From: Amoeboaphelidium protococcarum X5
Lineage: Eukaryota > Fungi > Aphelidiomycota
Direction of reading: 5' to 3'
Assembly (NCBI GenBank): GCA_023515725.1
Contig: JALDTO010000057.1
Location: 1-64,000 of the forward strand
Length of the DNA: 64,000 bases
In this document: positions 51,451 to 63,177 of the stretch, piece by piece
Position numbering within the stretch: position 1 is the first letter of the stretch
Layout: every line of letters starts with the position of its first letter
Notes under the pieces: model-generated
Told to the model about the DNA's origin: nothing
Database searches by the model: none
What the model saw: only the letters and a program-made list of their open reading frames with translations
Position numbers and translations under genes: made by a program

Positions 51451-53025
51451 TCAATCCAATGAATGATCAGTGACGCGTGGTAACAACTGGAGCATAATCT
51501 TTTTTAAACGCACCTATGAAGAGACTCTAAATTTGCTGATAGAATCCGCCACTTCATCGTTTTCATCACCAATGTAGCCCAGAACTTGCAACGCTCTATT
51601 AATTTCCATGCTAGTGTAATCCGCATAATCCTAGTCCAGTACGCGCCCGTTTTTATACGTTGCTTATACCTTTCTTTGCAAATCATAAAGTCTTAGATCA
51701 ACAAAGGACATGATTGCCGGTATGTTCTATTGTATAGTATCACAGAAAGACTTGTCGAATTTTCTAAACTGCTCAACACGAGTATTCATTTGAGAAACTA
51801 TCGTTTGCACTCTGACTTGCTAACTCTTTAGGATTTCAGTTATCTCTACAAATTCTGGGGATTCAGACTCGAAATTCTAAACATATTGATCAATTTCTCC
51901 CCTTTCACGCTAAATTGCATCAAGCAAGTTAGCAATCTGAGGGACCAGCATTCGCAGCTTGTCCAGAAAATACAAAACTCCAGCAAATGCCTCAATCTTC
52001 AAATCAACAGAAATGGTAGAAGCAGAGGTTTGCATCTAAATCAGCTGTTAACATGGCTTGGACGTCAGAAGCATTTAGAAAAGACCCTCAAGCTCAATCT
52101 ACTTGGCTGCCGTATCTACTATCTTATCTTCAATAACAGTCTTCAACTGCTTTTTATACTATTCAAAATGATACAACACAAGAGCTTTCGCGGCCTTCTC
52201 CTAAATCTCTGATTGTTCAGCTTTCATCTAAGCAGCTTCCTTAATCGCCGCTTCCAAAAGCGCGTCTTCATCAACAGCACTCATAGCTTGGTTCGCCACC
52301 TTATTTTTCTAGTTCTTAGACTTAGACTTAGACTTTGACTCCTTATTCGTGGCCTTCTTTGATGAGGTCTATGATTGCGTTGCATGGCGTTGACTGCTAT
52401 GCGCCTGACTAGATTTTGTTGAATGCTGCACAGATTTATCGATTTCACTGCCTTTGTCAGAAGACACGTTGTCGGATAGAATACTGTACGGGTTGCTATT
52501 AGTAAAAGATTCCACAGCACTATTGACTTAAGCTTCATGCAGCTTTTGCTGGTGAGCACCATCAGCAGAGGAACTTTCTGATAATTAGTACTGAGACAAA
52601 TCTACCAATTCCTCTTCATAAGACTTATTGCCCGAAATGTCCTATACATCAGCTTACTCTTACTGAGACATAGGAGAAGGGTCGTCGACAACACTATCAA
52701 AATCATATGGTGAAGTGGAATAACGCGCGTCCATTGCGATGCCATCATCATCGTCTTCTGGCGCAATATCAGGTACGATATTATCACTGAGATACTCACC
52801 ATCAGGCTTAAGATACTAACGATCACCGCGCCTAATGATAGGATTCTACTAATTGGCATCCAATAAAATCGTATCGCCCTCAGACTTTGATTTGACACCA
52901 AAATAATCATAGAAATCAGCATCATCATCCACAGCTTGGTGGCCAGATGCACGACCTGTCATGGGCTACGCGCGAAGACAATCAACGAGAACTATAACGG
53001 AAAACACTTTACACAGCAGCAACAT
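51451..53025 (-). CDS. Secreted protein C of the DFYDxxG family, 524 aa
   Basis: Signal peptide MLLLCKVFSVIVLVDCLRA; DFYDYFG at residue 37; KKATNKESKSKSKSKNQKNK; helical C-terminal domain. Confidence 0.8.
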
Positions 53026-53466
53026 ATATATCTTTTAACGATCACTCTTAGCTAATAATCAAATTTAATAACTTTTTTTTGGTATAAGCAACAGGAGTGA
53101 AAATTGTGAAATTTTATAAATCAGCTTCTCAAAGCCCCTGAATTATGTCCATCGTCAGATCCGAATTCAAGTTGTGTCTCCATAGAGCAACCTGAAATCA
53201 TATTGAACCCACTTAAGGCCAAGTTTAAGACCTATCGTGTACAAAGTACTTATAATCTTCTAAATTTAAGTGTAGCGATTGACCGCTGATCAACACATTA
53301 TCAGATTGTACATTTCATACCATGGTATGGTTCAACACAATTTGGATCTAATCGAGCAACGTGCCGCCCGTCGTTAACTTCAATAAACGAAAAGTGTAAG
53401 GACGAGTTGGAAAGTAATTTAAAGTGTTACCGAAAATTAATTTTATTTATTTCACCATCAAATTAT

Positions 53467-55134
53467 TCAGAGAGCCATCATTAGTAGAGCAGTAAACGCT
53501 ATTGAGAGCGCAGAGAGACCACCGGCGATCTTATTACCGGCACTGTTAGAATCAGAGTTGGACACTATGGAGCTGCCAACATCATTCTCGTTCTTCTGTG
53601 GGATTGGAGTTTGAGTTGCCGCTGCGGCAGAGCTGGTGGTAGTTGATCTGATGGATGTGGTATTACTCAAAGTTGAGTTTCCGCCACCCATCGTGGAATT
53701 CTTAAGACCACCAGTAGCATTATTCTATGAAGATGGACCCTTATTGCTGTCACCATAGTGCATTCCAGGAGGTGGATTGATGAGGACAGGAGTATACTAT
53801 GAAGTGTCGACTTCATCACAGAATGGTAACTACTCGTATTACTTTGCTTCTTCGCTCTTTTCAGGCTCACACACACAGTTGTCGCCAGCAGGAGCAGAAG
53901 AACCGTATCCACCGTCACCACTGCCTGTTGAAGGACTAGACTGACCATAACCTCCGCTTGATGGAGATGCGCACTTGCAGTTGTCTCCGCCAGTTGCAGG
54001 ACTGGAGCTTCCATAGCCGCCACTTGGGCTCTTAGGAGATTAACCACCTGCAGGTGGCTGAGTTGCCGGAGAGGTACTAGGAGAAGGAGAAGGACCAGAG
54101 CTACCGTATCCACCAGATGGACTTTGACTAGTTGGTTTGGAGCCGGCAGGAGATGAACTGCCATATCCACCTGAAGGACTTTGACCAGCTGGACTGGATC
54201 CACCATATCCACCACTTGGGCTTGCGCTCGGCTATGAACCAGCTGGGGTAGGAGATGGAGATTGACCACCGTAGGTAGGTGCGTTAGCAACAGGGGCAGC
54301 AGGTCCGCCGCTGGTAGAAGGAGAGGCTCCCTTTGGTGTTGCAGGGCTAGGTGCTGAAGTATCACCGCCATAAGAAGGAGTGTTCACAGCAGGAGAGCCA
54401 GATCCACCCTTTTGAGGAGCGTTGGTTGGAGGCAGGTCATAAAGAGTGACAGTGTTGGTACATGGCGCCTTACCAGTTTTGGAAGGTGCAGGCACAGGAA
54501 GGCCACCGGCTGGGCTCGAACCGGAAGGAGCCTTGGGTGTAGGCGCCTTGTCTCCGCCAGCGCTAGTCCCATTCTTTGAAGGAGCAGGCACGGGCATTGC
54601 CGGAGCAGGAGCAGGCTTTTCCGGTACATGCGTCTTTGAAGCCACCGAGTCAGATTCGCAAGGAGTTGTAGATGACGGCTTAGTCTGATCCGGCTTGACA
54701 TCAGTAGGAGGCTTCATTGTGCTGTTACCAGGAGCAGCGGGTTGTGGTGCAGGCATAGGAGCCGGCTTTGGCGCCGCAGGCTATGGATGAGGAGTCTACT
54801 AAGCAGCTTTCTCGGACTCACAAGGAGTAGATTAAGCAGGCTTGGTAGAGTCAGCAGCAACTGGATGAACAGGAGGAGCTGAAGCAGACTATGGAGAAGC
54901 CCCATTCGGAAGAGGAACATCATCCGGAAGCTTCATGCGGTGCTTTTCATCAGGAGCAGGGACAGGAGCCGCTGGTTATTAGCCACCAGCTGGTGCAGGA
55001 GTTGAGGGAGCAGATTATCCGTAGCCAGGACTATTTTACGCGCCCTTCTCATGGCTTGTTCCCTCTACTAGCAGTGTGTTGAACTGAGAAGCCAACAAGA
55101 TTAACGCGATTGATTAATATATTCCAAATTTCAT
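53467..55134 (-). CDS. GPI-anchored Pro/Ser/Gly-rich surface protein with SPSGGYG repeats, 555 aa
   Basis: Signal peptide, low-complexity body and C-terminal NSAG...LSALSIAFTALLMMAL GPI signal. Confidence 0.85.
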
Positions 55135-55457
55135 TATTCCAGTAATAGACAGATCTCTAAAGGCAATTATATAACTAAATTATTTTGTCAAGAATAAAGA
55201 AACAGATTTATTTTGATAGAGATAAAGAGATGTTACCAGCATGATAATGGCCATACTTGATCAGTCGTTACACCGAACGAGGTTACATGTCCAATCAGCG
55301 GCGGCGCAATCGATGTATTTGTGATCTGCGGGCTTCAATTGGTCACACAGCCAAGATCACAGTTAATTGGTGTAACAAGATCGATACCGGGGTCAATAGG
55401 CATGAAAGTCAAGTGATATCTGTCAATACGTGATCTATTACTGTTTCACATGCAACT

Positions 55458-55775
55458 TCACGCATTCATCAAATTCATTACATCAGCGAGGTTCTATGTT
55501 ACATCACGGAGAGATTTCTTGATCTAGCCATGTGCCATACGATGTCTTAAAGATTCGTTCCTCCTCTGGTCCTTCTTGACTACAATCCGCTTAGCTATAG
55601 CAGGTACGCGGAACTCTGTAAAGTCTTGATTTAGATCGTTTTTCAACTTTTCAAGTCCAGTCTTATTGTTATTATTACTTCGCCTCTATTTCTTAATGAT
55701 GCCTTTATTCGCGCTGAGCGTTCGTCGTTCCTTATCAGCACTCTACCGTCCACTACTGATTCTCTTAGCTTTCAT
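55458..55775 (-). CDS. Small basic hypothetical protein, 105 aa
   Basis: MKAKRISSGRQSADKERR...LADVMNLMNA*; K/R-rich with no family recognised. Confidence 0.5.
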
Positions 55776-56874
55776 CAATTAGAAAGGAGATATCGGTTGT
55801 TATAAAAATCCTTTTAGCAGTTTGAGATTGAAATTTAGTGATCTTTTAGCGAAAGGAAATGACTGATCAATACGAAAAAAGATCAAATGAATGCGGTCAT
55901 GAACTTAAGCTTTAGAAAAGAGCGACGATCGAATTACGATTTTGCATCTTGAAATGATGCAATGCTTCTGCCACTTTTCTAGATTGTAGAATATACCTAA
56001 TACAAAGATTTTGTAAAGTATCTAGTAATTCGAATCAGCGCAGTTTTGGGCTGAACCGATTATTTTCTTAGCTCCGCATTTAGAAAGGCCGTATACGGTA
56101 GCAAGCGCCGTAGAAGTAAAGTTAATAGCTTCATAATATTAAAAGCGTATAATGAGGTAAAACCAATAAACTATAATAAACCAATATGCTTTAAGTATTG
56201 ATAAAACAAAATCAAAGGTCATAAGTGCGTGGATATGCACTCTCAAATTCAAACGAATTCATCAGACGGAAGTCCCAGGATCGAATCACGTTCAATCTAT
56301 TACGGAGTAGATTGCGCAGCATAGATAAAACTTTAAGCCAACTCTGTTGATTTTTTTTATTCTGTATATAACTAAAGTTAATTAGTAGTTGCATCACGCG
56401 GTCAAGTATCCGCTTTGTTCACCTATGGGTTTCTACTTAACACCCTACAGGAAGGAATGCATGGGCTGTAACCCTTGATTACTATTGACAAGTCCAGCTC
56501 TTTCGAGCCAGCACCTGGACAGCTCTATAGCGTCCGACGTGTTCAAGCATCCTTCTCTCCTTCCTTTACAATTAAATACATGAATCTGACCCCCAGCACA
56601 TTGTCCGCATAATACACATTAATTCACCAAGAAGTTATAGTATTTGCACAGATTGGTAATATGGCTGAAGCTATCTGACAGGACTTCAATCTTTAGCTTG
56701 GTGAGGTCCTTTGACAACTTGCACTCACATAAAGCGGTGATACCTTTCTGCATTACTTGACTTAAGTCCTATATATCGATCTTCGTTATCAAAAGTACAT
56801 TTCAACATACTTTGAGCGCAACTTGCTACATATTGCACCATTTTCCAGTCATCATCCGGGGGAACTTCACCAGT

Positions 56875-57780
56875 TCATGCTATCGGTTTGACGGCATCCA
56901 TGGACTTTGTTTCAGCCACGTGCTCTACAAAAAGATTGTAGAACTATCCAGTCAAAGTTTTTCTCTAATTATCCGCAAGAATATTGGGGAATGAGAGAGC
57001 ATGCAACCCTCGCAGTCCTGAGTCAGTGACACAATTTTACTTTGGAGAGCGCCCAGATACTGATGGAATGGATGACGTTTATGGAACCAAGATCTAAGCT
57101 GGCGACTTTAACTCGTGTATCTCACGAAGTTGTGAAATAATTACTCGATCTTTTGCTTAAGTGGCCATAAGGTTTGATTGCACATTACTTGGCTGATTCG
57201 CAGGAGAAGAGGCGTTGTAATACTATGCAATAAACTGTTGTCTTTTATTGCAAAAATCATTAATCAGCTCCCGGTGTCTTTCTGGACTGCGGGGGTCAAG
57301 CGTAAAAGCGCTCCCGCTAATACCGGCATGAATCCAGCCACCCATCTGTTCCATTGGATGACCATCCTTCACCATCTTCTGGAGCACACTTCTAGCTTTA
57401 TCTTTCAACTACTACGAGGAGAACTTGGCCAAATCAGGATAGTTGACATCCTTCAACATCTAAGCAAACTTATCAATCTTATTATAGTACTTGCAAAGGC
57501 CATGTTCCAATTGCCTCTCTTCTTCGGGAGTCCATTTATGACGGTTTGCACCAGTTTGAACAGCAAATGCAAGGAAGCGTAAACTTGATTTTGTTGTGCC
57601 TCAAAATAGCCTTTCAACTATTATGGGCACCTTAATTGTAAGTGCCCACCTTATTTACTTTCACAAGAGAAACGTACAAGATTTTTACTATTCAAAGTAC
57701 GCACCATGACGAGTGGAAACACATATCTTATAATTGCTCTTTGTGTTTACACTCTGCTTGCTGGTCGCGTCCTTTGTCAT
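56875..57780 (-). CDS. Telobox-type Myb/SANT domain protein (TRF/Tbf1-like domain); 5' exon structure uncertain
   Basis: HKWTPEEERQLEHGLCKY...FAQMLKDVNYPDLAKFSSQQLKDKARSV at about 57390-57540; possible intron about 57600-57675; coding-like remnants continue beyond TGA 56875. Confidence 0.6.
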
Positions 57781-57950
57781 TCTGGGCTTGACGCGACGTC
57801 TCTCTCGCCCTTTCACTATTTCGCTTGATCTCCTGCTTTTACGCCATTTTTACACTAAATGGCCCCTGAGATCACTTTCTATTCATCCAATTATTACTTG
57901 CGTTAATTAAGAAAATATTGCAGCTTATTTACGCGTTTATAGAAGAATCT

Positions 57951-59129
57951 ATGATTTTACGACCTTTATTAATCAGTGCTCTTTGTACGGGATCCACTCT
58001 CTTGTCAGTTTAAGCTGATGCCTCTCATAGGCTTGATTTTGCTGGGGGATTGCCTGACTCTTAATTGACTGATAATGCATTAATGCCTCCACAATAGAAT
58101 GACAATATTATGGCTCTAAAATAACAACAATAATAATAGGTATCTGTCCCTCCTCCTTCTCCTCCTGAAGATAATTTAGTTTTACTGTAAATGCATCCAT
58201 ACTAGCTGAATCCTGTTGTACTGCCACCGAAAATAGATGATGATGGTGTCCCGATTATTGAAATGTATGTACCATTTGGAGAGGATGATGAACTGATCGA
58301 TGGATATGATGAGGCATGGAATGATTTCGTATACCGTGATCCTGCTTTCCAGTATAGAGCTATCAGTTTGCCTCGTAACATCGTCTATGGATCTGTGGAT
58401 GGTGTGGTAGATATTGCTGAGGGTACTGCCAACGTATTTTTGCATCCTGTGCGTACAGCTAAAGATATTGCAGATTTTGCAGAGCATGCTATTACGGATC
58501 CTGTTGATACGGTGAAAGGCGTAGGACATGCTTTGAAAACTCATACGATGGAGCATGGTCTGGGACACGCGTTTGGTGAGGCATTGCCTCAGGCTGCGCT
58601 GTTGGCCGCACCATTTCTTGGTACTAGTTCAAGTGCATCATCATCAGCTGCCACGGTGGCTAATGCTGCATAAGATGTTGCCGATGTTGGCAATGTGGCA
58701 TCGAGTTTGTCTCGTGTTGGATCCGCGTCGTAAATGTCCCTGACTGCTTTAGACGCTGCGTCAGATGCTGCGACTATAGCCTCTACAGCTGGCTCTGCAA
58801 CTGAAGCAACGTCAAAGTTGTCATGGGCGTAGTAAGTTGCACAGCAAGCAGCTAAATTGCCACAATAAGGATTAGAAGTTGTAAGGACTGGAGCAAAACA
58901 TGCAGCATTGAAAAGATTTGCCGGCCAGGTGGTGGGAGATAGTGCTAAGGTGGCCAAGCAGGGTGCCATTTTGGGACAGGTTATTGATCATGCTAGCGAT
59001 GTTGATCAGCTTGGTAAAATTGCGCGTGATCGCCGAGCATTTCGTCAAGATTTGAGAACCGCCTAGGAGTTTGTGAACCTGCATGAGTAAGTGAGGCCTA
59101 GATAAAGACGAAGAATAAGCTATAACTGA
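57951..59129 (+). CDS. Secreted Ala/Gly-rich helical protein with a pre-toxin-like segment, 392 aa
   Basis: Signal peptide MILRPLLISALCTGSTLLSVQA; single frame to TGA 59127-59129. Confidence 0.75.
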
Positions 59130-59225
59130 ATAGAGTGTTCAAGAAGAAGATTTCATAGAAATTATATAATAAACTGTAATCAGAATAGACAATATGTTTG
59201 AATCTTAAGTTTTAAATTTATATAT

Positions 59226-62073
59226 TCAAACTTCTTCATATTGGTTACCATCAAATTAGTATGACATCTTTGGCTAAGTCGTCACTGAAGTGAAAGCTGA
59301 TGATTAGAGCGAGTATTATCCCATATTAGGCAATGATGCGAAATCCAGAGAGCTTTCATCAGTCAAAGAATAAGTCTCCTGCGTATTTCTTTTAGATCTA
59401 TCACCATCAGTAAACTCTTATTCATTGCTGGTGTTACTCTCACCAAAATCACTAGCAATAACAGAGCGGGATAGAGCAGATCGTGCAAAACTCATAGTCT
59501 TTGGTCTTTAATGGAAGGCTGAGCTTCGAGGAGAATTGAATCTACTTACACCATTGATAAAGCTGTCATCATCATCCTTGTCATTGTCATTTTGGTTCTA
59601 ATTCAAAGCAGCTTCAAACTCCAGGATAGAGTCCATCTCTGCTTACTAATTAGGATCAATACGCAAATCCTTATAGTACCAACTCTGATTCTTGGCAGCC
59701 TCAGCTTTACGCACGCGATCTTGTTGAATACGCTCGCGATACTTCTTCACGGCAAATCCAAAGACTACCAGTAACGCGCAGTTAAAGATCACTGAACCAG
59801 CAATGATAAAGTTACGAGAATTTTAGTCGCTAAGACGTGCAGCTCCATCGTTAGTCAGAGACTTGATGACATCAACACCGAAAACAGACGGATCTAAATC
59901 CTTGGTTATTTGACCATTCCTCAGCGCGCTATTCGCATCATCCAACTGGGATTTGAATGCATTAGCCTGAGTAATAGAATCAGTCGAGTCAGACAGTGGC
60001 CACAATGTGAACTGAATAGCAGTCTCGGACAATACTTCAACGATGTTCAAAACTTGAATCTTGTCCTCCTGAGATGCCCCGTATCCAGCAGCTTTCAATG
60101 CACCAACAACATCGGCCTTAAACTTTTCAATGAAGCTCTTGCGCGTAGGATTGGATGACGATTTGCAAATCTCTCCACAAGGCATGTGAAAAGCAGCAAT
60201 AACGATAGCCAGACCAGAAGGAAGATTGTCAAGAGCACTTTTATCGTATCCAGCCGTGTTTGGCAGCAAGTTGAGAAGCCTTTACCCTGCTCCACTGGAA
60301 GGTGGATTAATGAAGACGGTTTATTCACTGACAGATTGTTCGGTGTTTTTTGCACCTGGCTTCTATTGCTATACAACACCTTGGTCAGGCTTGGCAGATT
60401 CTTGGCTAACAGTTGAAGGCTAATCATTAATGATACCTGGATTGGTGACCAAGCTTCTTGCAAGACTAGGAGGAGATGCAGGAATTGATGGAGGGGGAGG
60501 ATTAGCTGGAGAATCCATACTAGGAGACTGTTAAGACCCTTGCTATGACGAAGGAGGAGTAGAACTGTCACCATTTGGTGATGGAGGATTCCTTTTTGGT
60601 GGAGATACAAGATCAGACAGAGAAGGAGGTGCTGGCTCTGGTTATTTAGGAGCTGGTGGTGGAGGAGGAGAAGAGTTGGATGGAGGTGACGTACTAGCAA
60701 CCTGTTACTCTGCAGGAGGTGGAGGTCTTGCGGAGCCAGAAGAAGGAGGTTCAAGCGAAGCTGGTGTCAGAGGATTACCAACACTGCTTTGTGGTGGCAC
60801 AACGGCGCCGCCACCAATAATTGGCGCAGGAGTCAGCGGTAATGGTAATGCAGGTGGTCTACCTCCGTCTGAAGGATTATTTCCTGTGGGAGCTGGAGGA
60901 GTAGTAGCCGGATTACCAGGTGGGGTCTACGAAGGAGGGCCTTATGGAGGAGTTGGGTTAGATGGTGGTTCAATCTTCACAGGTGGAACCACAACAGGAT
61001 CTACGGCGACAGGCGGCAGAGCTACTGGAGGTGGCAGAGGGACAATGGGGCCATCAACAACTGGCGGCGGTGTAGTGGGAGGAGTACCGGGAGAAGGCAC
61101 AGATGGAGGCTAACCAGCGCCAGGTGGCGGTCTAGTATCACCGTTTCCAGGAGGTGATGGCTACGGTCGAGAAGGGCCGGGATTTTCGACTGGAGGCACC
61201 GAAATAGGCGGTACTGGGATAGGAGGCGCAACCACAGGTGGTTAAACAACAGGAGGTAGAACAACAGGTGGCTGAACCACAGGAGGTAGAACTACAGGCG
61301 GTGCAGGAGTTGGAGGTTTTGGAGCTGGATTTGGAGGTTATGGAGCTGGAGTCGGAGGTTATGGAGCTGGAGTCGGAGGTTATGGAGCTGGCTCCTATGG
61401 GGGTCCAGTTGGAGGAGATGGAGTATCAACAGGAGGCCCAACAGGTGGCTACGGAACAGGAGCGGGATTAGGAGCAGGTACCGGACCAGGTGCTGGAACA
61501 GGATTCGGAGCAGGTACTGGTGCTGGCTATGGAGCTGGATTAGGACCAGGGACTGGAGCAGGAGGTTCAGGCACTGGGGCTGGGTTTGGAGTGGGTGGAG
61601 AAGGCTATGGAGCAGGATTAGCTGGAGGTCCAGGCACTGGCGCAGGAGCAGGATTAGCAGGTGGGGATGGCACCGGAGCCGGAGATGGAGGAGTGACAGG
61701 ATCAACGGGAGCCGGAGTGCCAGGTACAGGATTAGGAACCGTTGGAGGTGGTCCCTATGGCGGTCCAGGAGGAGCAGGATCAGTCTCTGCAGGTGGAGGA
61801 GATGGAGGTGGAGACGGAGTCATTGGCGGAGGAGGCTATGGAGCAGGAGTGGGTGGCTAATTAGGACCAATTGGACCGCCAGGTGGTGGGTTCTTACCCG
61901 GGCCATCTCCATTGCCTGGAGGAATCTTTGGATCAGTAGGATTGCCATCGGCAGGCGGATTTGGTGTAGTCGGAGGCGCAGGAGTTGGGGTAGTGTCATT
62001 CTCTTTTGGAGGTCCAGTAGGAGCTTAAGATGGAGGAGTCGGAGTAGCATTTCCTTTTCCAGGGCCATCAGCA
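59226..62073 (-). CDS. Msb2/Hkr1-like signalling mucin (Pro-rich stalk, juxtamembrane domain, TM, cytoplasmic tail), 5' end missing
   Basis: About 600 aa of Pro-rich sequence; domain ending FKSQLDDANSALRNGQITKDLDPS; TM FIIAGSVIFNCALLVVFGFAV then KKYRER. No ATG or signal peptide before the in-frame TGA near 62293. Confidence 0.7.
61311..61394. repeat. 21-bp coding tandem repeat x4 (PAPQPPT-like)
   Basis: (t/c)ggaggtt(t/a)tggagctgga.. units; the Gln is encoded by TAA in three copies. Confidence 0.85.
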
Positions 62074-62826
62074 GGTATTATCGATCGAGTGGGTATCGTG
62101 AAAGAAGGCTTGGTGAATACTTTTGCTGCTTTTGGTATAGAAACCTTTGAGATTTATAATTTCCCCTCTCCTCCTTATGATTTCAGGCGGATTTAGAATG
62201 GTAAATAGTCGGAAGATGTGGGCAAATCATCCGTATCTGGATTTGATGGACGGAAGCAGTGGCATGTTGGCGTGTTTGGATCTCATTGGATTCATAAAAA
62301 TGTTCTGGTGCAGATTGTGGCCTTGTGCCAGTTTGACTATGTCATTATACATGTTCTGAAGAAGCCCAGTATCTCCTATCTCTAACACTGCCGCGCGTAT
62401 ATAGTAGAGCATGGGGATTCAATACCACATTATAAATTTGTCGAGCTAATTCGAAGAATGGATGTCACCATGTACGTGTCGCTGACTGAAGGATTTCCCA
62501 TGACTGTGTTGGAATCTATCAGTGTTGGCGTACCGGCGTTGACTAGTGCCACAAGCGCAATCTACTCTCTTGATCCGTATCTCCATGATGCTTTGGTTGT
62601 TAATGAGGCTGACAGTCCTGACTTTATCGCTCTGAAAGTTTAGAAAGTTTTTGAGAATTACTCCACAATTACTTAGAAAATTTGTATACTCGTTCCTAAA
62701 ATTCATACCAGAGCGTAGTAGTTGATGGACTCATTCATTGGTAATAAACCTTTATCAAAACTGGCTGCCATTGGTGAGAAGGAGACTCGGTCCAGATGCT
62801 TAAGCTCTGCCACTTCTAAATGTTGA
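62074..62826 (+). pseudogene. Glycosyltransferase family 4 (GT-B) C-terminal half, 5' end missing
   Basis: GIIDRVGIVK...VGVFGSHWIHKN...MDVTMYVSLTEGFPMTVLESISVGVP (EX7E motif); the upstream frame runs into antisense mucin sequence. Confidence 0.7.
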
Positions 62827-63177
62827 TGTCGTTTATAGTCTTTTGAAAAATACTATTATTATTTGATTATTTGTTATTGTTATACTCGACTGTATTCATT
62901 TTAATGTATTTTGTTGGTTCTTAAGCATTGAGTTTTGGAAAGAGCAACTAAATGAGGTAATGATATCATGAGGGTAACACGCGTTGTCACGCTTGGCTGA
63001 GATTGAAATTTTGGAACGATCACACGACAAGGAGAACAAAACTTAGCCACTCGGAAACGGTATATTGAGGGTTGGTTAGCAGCTTTAATTTAAAAATTTT
63101 TCTATTTCTTGGCATCTCATTCTCTATATCCACACCCTTTGTGTTTAGCTATTAAAGCGGCAGTGCTGGGCAGTTCG

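Noticed and set aside
49263-52917. DFYDTLG as the start of a DnaJ J-domain (D-Y-Y-x-x-L-G-V)
   Set aside because: No helix II or HPD motif follows; the downstream sequence is acidic and disordered.
61311-61394. Repeat array as CRISPR
   Set aside because: These are spacer-less in-frame coding repeats in a eukaryotic mucin, with no cas genes.
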